64,000 nt of DNA, taken from Cetorhinus maximus. Taxonomy: Eukaryota. Position 1 is the first letter of the stretch, and the number at the start of each line of letters is the position of its first letter. Below, in pieces: positions 38,494 to 51,324 of this stretch. Where the stretch lies: contig NC_135895.1 of the NCBI RefSeq assembly GCF_964194155.1, positions 26,474,001 through 26,538,000 on the forward strand, written 5' to 3'. The notes beneath the pieces were generated by a model, which worked only from the letters and a program-made list of their open reading frames with translations, was not told where the DNA came from and searched no databases. The position numbers and the translations under genes are program-made.

Positions 38494-38932
38494 AAGTGGT
38501 TCTCCAACTGGTGTCTGTGGATGCCTGAGGCTCTGTCGAGACTTTTAAGGGATTTTGCAAAATAACTGAGTGATAGCCAGAGGCGGGCTTGGTCCAAACC
38601 AGGAGGCAGGAGCAAAGTGCAGGCACGATATGTGCAGCGAAGAGTGGGCCAGCTGCCTCATTTGGAAGGGGTGCACTCATGAGGGAACACCAAGAGCAGC
38701 ACTGAGATAACCAGGTAGACCCTCAGTCACCACCGAGGCTGATGGTGGGCACCCACCTCACTGATAGCTGTTAGTAAATACCTGCCTCCCTAAAATAATT
38801 ATAAAAACACTCTTTATATGTAACACTGTCATACAATGAGTATTGCATAGTATTATAATTTAAATATGGGGTCCATAAATACTAATCCATTTGAAAAGGG
38901 GTCCTTCAACAAAACAAGTTGGAGAATTACTG
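38494..38932. mobile_element. hAT (Charlie-like) MITE
   Basis: TIRs AGTGGTTCTCCAACT / AGTTGGAGAATTACTG with GGGGTCC subterminal motifs. Confidence 0.65.
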
Positions 38933-40597
38933 ACTTAAGTAACTAAGTGACACCAATTATCTTTCAGTTAATTGTCTGTTAATGATAAATCATAATTGTA
39001 ATGTACAAAACAGTTGAATAGTCTACAGCATGTTCAGAAGATGCATAACACACTTGGAATGTATACAGCATAGCCAGATAATTGCTCTTGACATCATCAC
39101 CTTGACACATTTTTAGAACACAAAGCTGCATCATTTCTCCAGCTTCATAGTTGCAAATAGCATATTCAGCAAGAGTTTTCACCCATTTTATTTTAAGTTC
39201 CCTTGGGATTGCTAGCAACATAATCCATTTTCAACAAGATACTGACAAGATAGGTGAAACTAACCAGAAACATTGGATCATGCTGTGTGGAGAGGATATC
39301 CTATGATTTGCCCTAAGTGTAAACACCATCACAAACAATTACTTATCGAGAGATCCTTCTTGGCTTCCTGCTGTAGTGTAATGAAGAAAATAAATCATTT
39401 CATTAACAAATGTTTTCCTGTAGCTTTGTAAACACCATTATATGAGCTGGCGTGTTGGAGTGATTTCTGCACATCTGCTTCACAGACAATGATCCTGAAT
39501 TATTATACAACAACAATTCACCATACATAATGCCCCTACCACACAGCCATGAACCCAGCAAAGTACTGCTATATACTTTAGTACAGAACATCCCATTTTC
39601 ATCAGTCACAAAGTATGGGCACGTACTCAATTCGCCACCCACAATTCATGTGGAATATTTGTCCATTTCTCTCTGCTAGTTCCTGTTGAACAATTGACCT
39701 TATGATACAACAAATATTTCACACTGTCATCAGTGAAGAAGTAGGGTTCCATCACCTTAAAGAATAGCTGTCTGTGACACTCCTATAGGAAAGCTAATTT
39801 TCCTAAAAATAAATTATTTCCTCCAGTTATTTCTGTCAAGGATAAATGGGCTCATTTCATATTTTCATTCAAGCCCTTGATTGGATTTGCCAGAATTAGC
39901 CTACTGAGGTAGTGCAGGGTAATACTGGGACCCTGTATAGATCTGTGAACAATACATTGAGAGCTGAAGTTACATAAGACATGCATTGTTGCATAGATGT
40001 GTTTGTGTGCGTGTGTGTGTGTGTAATATAAATCCAATACAGGAACAAGCAAGTGACATATCAGCGTGGTAATTCATATTTATATATTTCTGATATTAGT
40101 AATATATCCTACATATGAAAATGATTTAATTTGTCCCTCTAGTTAGTTTAGCTTTGTTTTCAGCTAGTTAATGAGAGAATTTCTGACTGCTAAATGTACA
40201 AAAAATTGATTGATGTGCATATAACAAGGTGACATACAACATTTTACTCATCTCTAATTTTGCTAAGATTATTGAACCTAGGCATTTCCCTTCTGCCTAC
40301 TCTTGTGATTTTACACATATTAGCTTGTCATGTGATTTGATCCTGCCTGTAATCTCATCTCTATGGAAATTGAAGCATGACCCTTTCAGTTTGCCCATTA
40401 CTCAAAGTATCAACCAAAGCTTATTTTCTCCAAATCTCCTACGTTGAAAGGCAAATGCCAACCAGCCCCCCAAAATTGTAATTCTAAACTTGTTGAGCAT
40501 CGTTTGAATTTCAGTCCCTATCTCAGTCTTAGAGCTTGTGCAGTTACATCCTTATCTGTGATTATCATGTTTCCAACATGATTGGCACTGGCATAAC

Positions 40598-40898
40598 TGT
40601 TTTAAATGTATTGTATTGGTGAATGGAGATATTATAACATTGTGCCAATGCATCATTGTTGCAATATGCCTTTAGGGGATTGCAGCATGACATCACTAGA
40701 AAGGAAGTGTGTCATGGGATTCAGTTTTAGTTTCGCTTTTGCTTTCAGCAGAGCACAGCACACACCGCTGCTCCTGGTGTCTTCAAACTTTATATATGTA
40801 TGTTCCCATGTGCCTAGTCTAAATAAGTGAACTCACAACGTGTTTACACAATCCCTTATGAGCGATTGGTGCTTTTATATCATTATAACAACATGACA
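40598..40898 (+). mobile_element. Possible short solo LTR
   Basis: TGTTTTAA...TTATAACA (or ...CATGACA) termini, about 300 bp; no matching TSD. Confidence 0.3.
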
Positions 40899-41702
40899 AT
40901 CATAAAAATATTTCTAATGGGAGCTAAAAAACCATTAAGCACAAACCATCATTGCCAACAGGCCATATTTTAGAACTATTAATAGGTAATATATTGTCAT
41001 CCATTGACTATACTAATGCAGGTAAGTTAGTTGACTAAATGTTAGCTGAAGGTTACTCAAAGCTTGGTTGGAATTCCAATAGTTTCACTTAGTCTTTTCA
41101 TTCCTGTGAGGTGGATAAAATGAGTACAATATCATTGGATATGGGGAGGAGGATAGGAGATTGTTGGAACTGCATGTAGTGCTTGCAATACTGTCTCAAG
41201 CCCTGTCTTGAGACATTTCTGGCTGTGGGCATAATGAACAAAGATCAGTATTGCATGCTACCATCTGGTGGTGGCATGATAAGTCTCCAGTAATGACAGC
41301 ATTATAAAACGGATTTTAATGTCTATACTGTACCTGAATTATTTATGTCGGCTCAGGGGGAGTAACTGTTCGGGCACATTCATCCAGCAGTCATAATAAT
41401 GAGAAAATGACTTTTCCTCTCCCTGCAGCTCCTTCCTTCAAGGAGTCTTATATTATTTCCACTATTATAGTGTCCAGTCTGTTTACTTTGATAAAGGTCA
41501 TTAACCATAGGCAAAATTCACAAGATAATACTCTACAAAATTCTCCCTGAGCTCCCAGTAAAACTTGAGGATATTAATATGAAATCACAACTTACATTGT
41601 AAAAGTTTGACCAGTTGCATTCTACAATTGGTATTTCCATTTTCCTAGCAGCACAGGAAAGTATATAACAGTCCATATCTATACATATATATATATATCC
41701 AA

Positions 41703-44700
41703 GCCTGGGTGGGGGACTTCAATGTCCATCATCAAGAGTGGCTTGGTAGAACCTCTACTGACCGAGCTGGCTGAGTCCTAAATGACATAGCTGCTAGACT
41801 GGGTCTGCGGCAGGTGGTGAGGGAACCAACAAGAGGAAAAACATACTTGACCTCATCCTCACCAACCTGCCTACCGCAGATGCATCTGTCCATGACAGTA
41901 TTGGTAGGAGTGACCACTGCACAGTTGTTGTGGAGATGAAGACCTGCCTCCACATTGAGAATGCTCCCCATCGTGTTGTGTGGCACTGCCCCCGTGCTAA
42001 ATGGGATAGATTCAAACAGATCTAGCAACTCAAGACTGGGCATCCATGAGGTGCTGTGGGACATCAGCAGCAGCAGAATTGTAACCTCATGGCCTGGCAT
42101 ATTCCCCACTCTGCCATTGCCATCAAGCTAGGGGACCAACCCTGGTTCAATGAAAAGTGCAACAGGACATGCCAGGAGCAGCATCAGGCATACCTAAAAG
42201 TGAGATGTCCACCAGGTGAAGCTATAAACATAGGACTACTTGTATGCCAAACAGCATAAGCAGCAAGTAATAGACAGAGCTAAGCGATCCCATAACCAAA
42301 GGATCTGATCTAAGCTCTGCAGTCCTGCCACATCCAGTCGTGAATGGTAGTGGACAATTAAACAACTCACTGAGGGAGGAGACTTCATAAATAACCCCCT
42401 CCTCAATGATGGAGGAGCCCAGCACATCAGTGCAAAAGATAAGGCTAGACCAATCTCTACAATCTTCAGTCAGAAGTGCCAAGTGGATGATCCATCTGGA
42501 TATCCCCATCCCCAGCATCACTGATTCCAGTCTTCAGACAATTCAATTCACTCCATGTGATATCAAGAGACGGCTGAAGACATTGTAAAATACAAAGGCT
42601 ATGGGGCCTGACAATATTCCGGCAATTGTACTGAAGACGTGTGCTCCAGAACTTGCCGCAGTTCCAGTACAACTACAACACTAGTATCTACCTGGCTATG
42701 TGGAAATGGTATGTTCTGTACACAAAAAGCAGGAAAAATCCAACCCGGCCAATTACCGCCCCATCAGTCTACTCTCGATCACCAGTAAAGTAATGGAAGA
42801 AGTTATCAACAGTACTATCAAGTGGCACTTGCTTAGCAATAACCTGCTGACTTACGCCCAGTTTGGATTCTGCCAGGGCCACTCAACTCCTGACCTCATT
42901 ACGGCCTTGGTTCAAACATGGACAAAAGTGCTGAACTTCCTAGGTAAGGTGAATGTGACTGCCCTTGACATCGAGGCTGCATTTGACCAAGTATGGCATC
43001 AACGATCCCTAGCAAAACTGGTGTCAATAGGAATCAGGGGAAAAACTCTGCAATGGTTGGAGTCATACCTAGCACAAAGGAAGACGGTTGTGGTTGTTGG
43101 AGGTCAATCATCTCAGCTCCAGGACATCACTGCAGGAGTTCCTCAGGGTAGTGTCCTCAGCCCAACAATCTTCAGCTGCTTCATCAATGAGCTTCATTCC
43201 ATGATAAGGTCAGAAGTGGGGATGCTCGTTGATGATTTCACAATGTTCAGCACCATTCGCGACTCCTCAGATACTGAAACAGTCCATGTCCAAATGCAGC
43301 AAAACCTGGACAATATCCAGGCTTGGGCTGACAAGTGGCAAGTAACATTTCCACTACACAAGTGCCAGGTATTGACCAGCTCCAACAAAAGGGAATCTAA
43401 CCACTGCCCCTTGATGTTCAACGGCATTACCATCACTGAACCCCCCAACTATCAACATCCTGGGGGTTACCATTGACCAAAAACTGAACTGGACTAGCCA
43501 TATAAATACTGTGGCTACAAGAGCAGGTCAGAGGCTAGGAATCCTGCGGCGAATAACTCACCTCCTGACTCCCTATCCACCATCTATAAGGCACAAGTCA
43601 GGAGTGTGATGGAATACTCCCCACTTGCCTGGATGAGTGCAGCTCCCACAACACTCAAGAAGCTGGACACCATCCAGAACAAAGCAGCCCATTTGATTCA
43701 CACCACATCCACAAACATTCACTCCCTCCAGCACCGACGTGCAGTTACAGCAGTGTGTGCCATCTACAAGATGCACTGCAGGAATTCACCAAGGTTCCTT
43801 AGACAGCCCCTTCCAAACCCACGACTACCACCATCTCGAAGGACAAGGGCAGCAAATAGTTGGGAGCACCACCACCTGAAAGTTCCCCTCCAAGCCACTC
43901 ACCATCCTGACTTGGGAGAGAATTATCTCCCTGTTGGGGAGGTTGTGCAGGGGTGGGCGCAGACCTGATCGGCGCCCCCGATCGGGTCCGCGCCGCTAAT
44001 TTTTACGTGGGCGGGCCAATTAAGGCTCTCCCAGCGTGACACGCAACCAGAAGCGCTGAGCACTCTCTGTGTGGGCGGGGGGTTCCCTGAGTCATGAAGA
44101 GCGAAAGTGCGCAGAAATCTCCCTGAGGCACAGAGCTACCTCAGGGAGATAAGTTTTAAGTTTTAAAAACTTTAACAAAGTAAAGAAAATTTAAGACATG
44201 TCCCCTCATGTGACAGAGTCACATGAGCTGGGATATGTCAATGAACTTTAACGAAAAAATTTATTTAATTTCTAAACCCTTCATGAAACCTCATCCCACC
44301 CGTGGATGAGGCTCCATGAAAAATGCAAAGGCCGCCTAGGCTCTTTGCCTGTCTGCCAACCTTAAGGTTGGACGGGCAGCTTTCTCAATAGGCTTAATTA
44401 GTTAATTAATGGCCTTAACAGGCCTTTGACAGTTCGGCGGGTGCACAGCCGACTCAGCTGTACGCCCGCTGAACTGAAAATCTAAATGACGCGTGGTGAC
44501 ATCGGGACCCACGCCCGACATCACCCCGCGTCATTTTACGCCTCAGCAATTGGGCCCCGCCCCTGCTCGCCAAGCCGAAGATTCAGCCCTTGGAAATATA
44601 TCGCTTTTCCTTCACTGTCGCTGAGTCAAAATCTTGGAACTCCTTTCCTAACAGCACTTTGGGTGTACCTACACCATATGGACTGCAGCGGTTCAAGAAG

Positions 44701-44790
44701 GCAGCTCACCACCACCTTCTCAAGGGTAACTAGAGATGGGCAATAAATGCTGGCCCAGCCAGCAAAGCCCACATCCTGTGAATGAATAAA
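41703..44790 (+). mobile_element. 5'-truncated CR1/L2-group LINE (ATGAAT tail), ORF2 pseudogene with part of the AP endonuclease and the RT
   Basis: VGDFNVHHQEWL and SDH (endonuclease), GPDNIP, NYRPISLLS, QFGF, ALDIEAAFD, GVPQGSVLSP, LVDD (RT; ORF 42700-43476); many stops and frameshifts; MITE inserted at 43915; preceded by (TA)n. Confidence 0.95.
43915..44589 (+). mobile_element. Hairpin-chain Harbinger-type MITE, copy 4
   Basis: TIRs GGAGAGAATTATC / GAAGATTCAGCCC; TSD TTG; removal restores LINE sequence CCTGACTTGGAAATAT. Confidence 0.9.
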
Positions 44791-45589
44791 GAAGTATATA
44801 ACTTTCTAACCTTTTATTAATGGGTCTTTTACAATGCATTAATCAAAAACACTAACTACTTTTAGCTATTTATCTTCTCTGATTAAAACACAGTTGAGCT
44901 CTTAAAGTTGATTTTCATTAGGGGGACTTGTCAGTTGAACAATCATCCTAATCATTGTTTTCTGAATTATCTCCAATTCAATAATGTCCTTTTATAAAAA
45001 AGGTTATCCAAATTGTACAGAATATTCTAGGTGCGGCCTCAGGAATGCATAAGACAGGGGTAAAATCGCCTGTATAATCAAATACCATTAAGAAGTATTC
45101 CAACACTTGATTTACTTAGATAATAAGGTCAATGAATGTTCAATCATCATACATACCCTTTACTACTACTGCTAATGGACACCCATTCATTGTGCAGCAT
45201 TGTTTCACATTTCCTATTCGAACGCCCATCACTTTACATTTGCCCACATTAAAATTTTTCTTATATTTTTTAACTCATTAAATTTACCCATTACTTGTTA
45301 TGTTATTTGACACTAGTTGTCAGGCCACAAAACCAGTCCATTTTTGATGCATGGGCGATTGCTTCTAGATCCATGCAAAGCACTCCTTATGGACTCCACC
45401 CTCTCTGATTGATAAAATGCTCTTTAACATTTCCCTTATTAATAGTATCAGGGTTTTAAGCAGAGCAAAGTGACAGATATAGTTAACAGAACTTGGTGAC
45501 AGAACAAGGCAATTGAAGTTTCCAACATATTAAGCCACAGCTTGTTTAACTAAATAATACACACACAAAAAAAAAGCAGCAAGCTTAGT

Positions 45590-45730
45590 TAAGAATGTAG
45601 GAACAGGAGTCAGCCATTTAGTCCTTGAGTCTGTTCCACTATTCAATGAGATCATGGATGATTTATGACTTAACTCCACATACCCACCTGTTGGATCCAG
45701 TATCCATGGTTTGTTGGGGCTAAAGGATCC
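45590..45730 (-). mobile_element. CR1 3' tail fragment
   Basis: GTAGGAACAGGAGTCAGCCATTTAG...CTATTCAATGAGATCATGG is the antisense CR1 3' UTR. Confidence 0.7.
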
Positions 45731-45785
45731 TGGTTGCACGCTTTGTTGGGGGTGACCGAGTCATTACAGAGACAGAGAACATCAG

Positions 45786-46491
45786 GGACAGGATCTTCCC
45801 CCCCATTGTGGGGATTGTGCGGGACCGGGCACAAGCGGGCGGGTTCCCGATCGGCGCCCCCGGTCACGGGTGCACCGCCATTTTACGTGGGTGAGCCAAT
45901 TAAGACCCCGTGTGACATGCATCAGGAAGCGCTGTGCGCTCCCTGTGCGGGCAGGGGGTGATTCCCTGGGCCAGGAGTGTGCTTTTTCAAGCATGCGCAC
46001 GAAAGAGCGCACAGATCTCCCTGAGGCAAAGTGCTGCCTCAGGGAAATTGGCTCAGGTTACAAACAGTCAATAAAGATGAGAAAAAAAACACCTGACATG
46101 TCCCCTTATGTGACACTGTCAAATGAGCTGGGACATGTCAATATCTTTTATTTCAACATTTTATAAACATTTTAAATTCCTCATGAAACCTCATCCCGCC
46201 TGTGGATGAGGTTTTGTGTTTTTTTGGAAGGCCGCCTGGCCTCTTCGCCTGCCCGCCAACCTTAAGGTTGGATGGGCAGGTCCATTAATCAATTTAATTA
46301 CTTTTTTAATGGCCTTAATAGGCCTTTGTCAGTTCGGCGGGCACGCAGCCGAATCGGCTGTGTGCCCGCCGAACTGAAAATCTCAATGGTGCGGGGCGAC
46401 ATCGGGATGCACGCCCGACATCACCCCGTGCCATTTTATGCGTTGGTGAGAGGTGGCCCACCCCTCGCTCGCCAACCAGAAGATGCAGCCC
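45786..46491 (+). mobile_element. Hairpin-chain Harbinger-type MITE, copy 5
   Basis: TIRs GGACAGGATCTTC / GAAGATGCAGCCC; TSD CAG (45783-45785, 46492-46494). Confidence 0.88.
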
Positions 46492-46504
46492 CAGGAGATC
46501 ATTT

Positions 46505-47450
46505 ACCCCCCCCTGTGGTTGACAGGACCCTCATCTGTGTCCGACCCATCTCCTGTGCCTCTTCCCTCACACCTTCCCCTCCCTCCCAGGACCATGGTCG
46601 GGTCCGCCTTGTCCTCACTATTCACCCCACCAGCCTCTGCATTGAAAGGATCATCCTACGCCACCCTGCCAACTCCAAATGATGCCACCACCAAACACAT
46701 CTTCCCCTCACCCCCACTGTCAGCATCTGTAGGGACCATTCCTTCTGGGGCACCTTGGTCCACTCCTCCATCACCGCCAACACCTCATTCCCTCCCACCT
46801 TCCCATACAATCCCAGGAGGTGCAATACCTGCCCCTTTACCTCCTCCTTCCTCATCGTCCAAGGGCCCAAACACTCCTTTCAGGTGAAGCAGCATTTCAC
46901 TTGTACCTCCTTCAATTTGGTCTACTGCATTCGCTGCTCCCAATGCGGTCTCCTCTACATTGGGGAGACCAAACGCAGACTGGGTGACCGCTTTGCGGAA
47001 CACCTTCGTTTAGTCCGAAAACATGACCCAGACCTCCCTGTCGCTTGCTATTTCAACACTCCACCCTGCTCTCATGCCCACATGTCCGTCCTTGGCCTGC
47101 TGCAATGTTCCAGTGAAGCCCAATGCAAACTGGAGGAACAGCATCTCATCTTCCGCTTAGGCACTTTACAGCCTTCCAGACTTAACATTGAGTTCAACAA
47201 CTTCAGACCATGAACTCTCTCTTCCATCCCCACACCCTTTTTTATCCCCTTTTTTCTACATTTATTTTTATTTTTTATCCACTTGTTTTATTTTTATTTT
47301 TATTCATTTATCCTCAGTTTTATCCCTTTTTTTAATCCCATTTTCTATCCTTTTTTTCCCCCCACCACTGCCCCCTTTCCCCACCCCATCCCCTAAGGGC
47401 CATCTGTCACTTGTTCCATGTTGTTCTTTCACACAATGCTACCCTTGGTC
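46505..47450 (+). mobile_element. Penelope-like element 3' fragment encoding a GIY-YIG endonuclease
   Basis: ORF 46755-47213: RCNTCP...FTCTSFNLVYCIRCSQCGLLYIGETKRRLGDRFAEH...EQHLIFRLGTLQPSRLN. Confidence 0.93.
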
Positions 47451-47572
47451 TACTGTAATCACATTCTCTATGGCAACACCTCGACCAATCAGTGCCGATT
47501 TGCCAACTAATCACCACCCTTTCTTTGCACAGAATAAATTCTTGCTCCCTTTGCAATTTGGCATTTTTGCAT

Positions 47573-47608
47573 CTGTCCTGATGAGTGCAAGATGAAAAGC
47601 TTTGACAG
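47573..47608 (+). ncRNA. Minimal type-I hammerhead ribozyme-like motif (probably decayed)
   Basis: CTGTC-CTGATGA-GTGCAAGAT-GAA-AAGCTT-T-GACAG: stem I CTGTC/GACAG, core CUGAUGA and GAAA, palindromic helix III AAGCUU; lies downstream of the Penelope ORF. Confidence 0.7.
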
Positions 47609-47689
47609 TATGTCTCTTTTTTCAACAATATTTATAAAGTATTCTGTTCTATAATTTTTAGATCCCAAGTGGATGACTCCATGTTTGGG

Positions 47690-48440
47690 AACATTAAGAA
47701 ATAGGAGCAGAAGTAGGCCATATGGCCCCTCGAGCCTGCTCTACCATTCAATAAGATTTTGGCTGATCTCAACCTCAACTTCACTTACTTGCCTGATGTC
47801 CACAACCCTTGATTCCCTTAAACTTCAAAAATCTATCAATCTCAGCCTTGAATATAATCAATAACTTTGCCTACATTGAAATTCATTTGCTACAGCTTTG
47901 TCTATTCACTTAATCTTATCAATAATACTTTGTAACGATACACTTACATCTACACTGCTTACAATGCCACTTACCATTAATAAATCTGGTGAATAAATGA
48001 AGTCCCAACACAGATCCTTGTATATCACCACTAGCCCCATCCTGCCAATTAGATGACCTGCCCACTATCCCTATTCTCTGCCTCCTGCCACTCAGTGCAT
48101 CTGGGTCAATAATTTGCCTTCAATTCTATGAGCTTCAACTTTAGCTAACAGTTTCTTATGAGGGACTTGATGACTGCTAGTCCATAAAAATGACACATAT
48201 AGACATTCCCCTGGCCACTGTTTAACTCACCTCTTTAAAAAATTCAGGTTCGTCAGACATGACCTATCCTTTGCAAATTCACGCTGGCTCTCTCTGATCA
48301 GCTGAAAATGTTCATGTTGTTCAGATAATAATTAATCCTTAATTATGGCCTCTGGTAATTTCCTGACAACAGATGTTAGGCTAACTGGCCTATAATTCCC
48401 TAGTTTCCCTCTATCACCTTTTTTTAAATAGCAAAGTGAG
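47690..48440 (-). mobile_element. CR1 fragments (3' tail plus older RT piece)
   Basis: Antisense CR1 3' UTR at 47690-47860; GNYRPVSLTSVV at about 48370-48402 on minus. Confidence 0.75.
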
Positions 48441-48869
48441 TTGCATAACACATAAATGCATTAGCTGCATAATGCATAACTGTATATAACTGGGCACAGA
48501 AAGTTAGAATCCACTTAATTGTATACCTTCTGAATGGTCTAATGCACAAGTACATTGATGCATAACTGCATAGCCTGCAAAGTACTTAATATATAAATAT
48601 ATAACCTGCCCAGTTACACAACAAATAAATGCACAGTGCAGGATATCACATAACATACAAAATTCATTGTCTGCTTAAACTCAGGAATGCATAGCCTGCC
48701 TAAGGGCACATTACCTAATAACCTAAAGCATTAAAATTTGTTTTAAATAGAAAACACAACAATGCATTGCCTGCTGAATTACATAAATATCAACTTAATC
48801 ACACAACATATAATCACACTGTCTACTTAATTGTGGCAATTTGATCATTCTGATTGTTTAAAGTCACGT

Positions 48870-49330
48870 GGATAACTCCCGAAAATGGGTATGGAGATCA
48901 AGTTATACAATGAACTGGGGCCCATTCATTTTGCCGCAATTAATATGTTGAATTTATGCTGTCTGCTCATTTAACTGATTGATGCATGCAGTCAGTGCTA
49001 CCTGTGTTGTTGATAGGCTGCATTAGTTTGGCATCTGATATTGTGCGTGGGCACCCCGCTATTTAAAGGCAATCTGCACTTGCCAAAGGGCATGTTCACT
49101 GCAGCTAGAAGTGGTGGTAGTTTTTTAGTGAACTAAATCCGTGCTTCAATATTACAAAGAATGGCTCAACATGCCTATGTTTTCTGATAATGTATTGGAG
49201 ATCTTGATGCAGGAAGTGGACAGAAGCAGGGGCATCCTGTATTTGCATGAGGTGGCAGGAGGCCCTCAAGAGACTTGGGAAGAAACAGCATTGACAGTCA
49301 CTGCCAAGCGTATATCTTCAAAAACTTGTG
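48870..49330 (+). mobile_element. Harbinger Myb/SANT exon-1 relic
   Basis: PMFSDNVLEILMQEVDRSRGILY...WEETALTVTA in ORF 49141-49374. Confidence 0.65.
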
Positions 49331-50081
49331 CATGCAGCACAATCCTTATTGGTATGCCACTATGCAGCTTATAGGAAGCTTTGCCTATTAGTCTGTACTT
49401 ACTAATGTGTTAGGTGCTTCATTTTAAATGCCATACCTGCAACTATGTGCCAGTAAGCCAACCAACAAAAAGTCATTCATTTATGAGGTTTGCACATTGC
49501 AAACAGGTGTGTCTAAGGTCCTGGGCTGTTCCACATATATTTTATCTCCTCATCTAACTCATTTCATTTAACAATACCAGTCAAAATCCCTAAAGCTCTG
49601 ACAGACAGTAGAACAGGTTCATGTTAGAGAACAAGAAATTTTCCAACCGTAGTATTACAGTCAGCCGAGAAGGAAAGAGCCACAACGTCTCTGAAGCTTT
49701 CTTTCATGCATTCTTTATAAACAGACCTGATGCAGAAATGGAAATAGCTGTACTATGTGATTATGAGGAGAATTTCAACTTCTGTCATTTCAAATAGGAA
49801 TCAATCATCTCACAATCTATGTAAACATAGGCAAAGATATCAAGTCTAAACGTCATGCAATTGAAAAGCAGGAATTGTGAATTATGTAATTGAAGGGGAA
49901 GTGTTGTAAAATTAAAATTAAAATAAAGGCTGTGCAATATGTAATTAAAATAATTAAGGGAGGGATATACAACAAAAAGGAATGACCTGCATTACATAAT
50001 TGAAGGGGATGGACTGTATGTTATATAATTAAGGAGAAAAGGTGTTATTGCAGTATGTATGGTGTTTATATTCTTCCCTCA

Positions 50082-50124
50082 CATAAAGGCTGCAAGCTTC
50101 ATAAAGGCTGCAAGCTTCATAAAG
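50082..50124. repeat. 18-bp tandem duplication
   Basis: CATAAAGGCTGCAAGCTT x2 plus a partial third copy. Confidence 0.9.
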
Positions 50125-50344
50125 AAGAAATTACTCACTTTCAGAAAGACATTTTTCGAGGAAATTTATTTTTGGAAACATTTTGCTTCATTTATGGAAA
50201 GATAATAAACATGCATTCACGTCAGGGGTAATACTAATTCCTTGACTCTCTCAGCAGGGAGGCTCATCCACTAGGAGAATGGATCTCAAATTTGACTATC
50301 ACTAAACATGCCTTCTCTAACCTTTGAACTGAATGGTCAGCAGA

Positions 50345-50557
50345 TTAAATTTTTTTACACAGCGAGTTGTTATGAAATGGAAGGGTGGTGAAAGGTTCAA
50401 AGTAACTTTCAAAAGCAAGTTGGATATATTCTTTAAAAGGAAAAGGCAGGGCTACGAAGAAAGAGCAGGAGTGTGTGAGTAAATGGTTAGCGCTGTCAGA
50501 GAGCTGACACAGGAACGATGGGTTGAATGGCTTCCTTTGCTGTTATATGATGCTATG
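50345..50557 (+). mobile_element. CR1 3' tail fragment
   Basis: TTTTACACAGCGAGTTGTT...GATGGGTTGAATGGCTTCCTT...CTATG. Confidence 0.7.
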
Positions 50558-50652
50558 AAGATCATGCCCAGCATCTGCCCAAATTTCTAGTATACAATTC
50601 CGGTGGCTGAGGCTCCCATCCATGGTGCAAAGTCACCTAATCACCCATATCA

Positions 50653-50955
50653 TGTTCACAGAAGCTAGAAATGATGGTGGGAGTTAGCTCCTTGTAGTGC
50701 AGTTGTCCTTGTGAGCCCAGAGCGTGGTATTTTACCTTCAACAAAGGCATAGTTCCAACTGTGAGTTGAATTCTTCCTTCTCTGTATATCTTCCTATCAC
50801 CCATTTCATGTTAGGAAGATATACAGAGAAGGAGGAATTCAGCTCGCAGTTGGAACTATGCCTTTGTTGAAGGTAAAATACCACGCTCTGGGCTCACAAG
50901 GACAACTGCACGACAAGGAGCTAACTCCCACCATCATTTCTAGCTTCTGTGAACA
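50653..50955. repeat. Long inverted repeat: 144-bp arms, 15-bp spacer
   Basis: 50653-50796 is the reverse complement of 50812-50955 with 4 mismatches by manual comparison. Confidence 0.97.
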
Positions 50956-51324
50956 GGCTACCCAGGAGAATAGCCTTTAATAATGCTCCTACAGGCTTGT
51001 TGATATGTGCTGCAGGCACCATGGGAGAATGAAAGTGGTCAGGGCCTGAAAACAGGCACCCAGATCACAAGATGGCATTACCCGACTTTCATTACTTCTG
51101 AAGAAAGCAGCATGCATTTTTATAAGCAATGACTCAGAGGTGTGCTAAATTAGCATGAGTTCAGTTATTCTCCCAAAACAGATTGAATTGGTTGAATAGA
51201 GGGGAGCCTGTTCACCCCTTCTCACCTGGTTTACATGAGATCAGAAACTTGTTGGGGCTGATTTTCACTTCACTGCTGCTCTATTTACACCTGTAAGCAG
51301 GGCAGTAGTAGGACAGGCATAAGA

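Noticed and set aside
42700-43476. 258-aa reverse transcriptase ORF as a functional gene
   Set aside because: Fragment of a disrupted LINE ORF2 with flanking stops, frameshifts and a MITE insertion.
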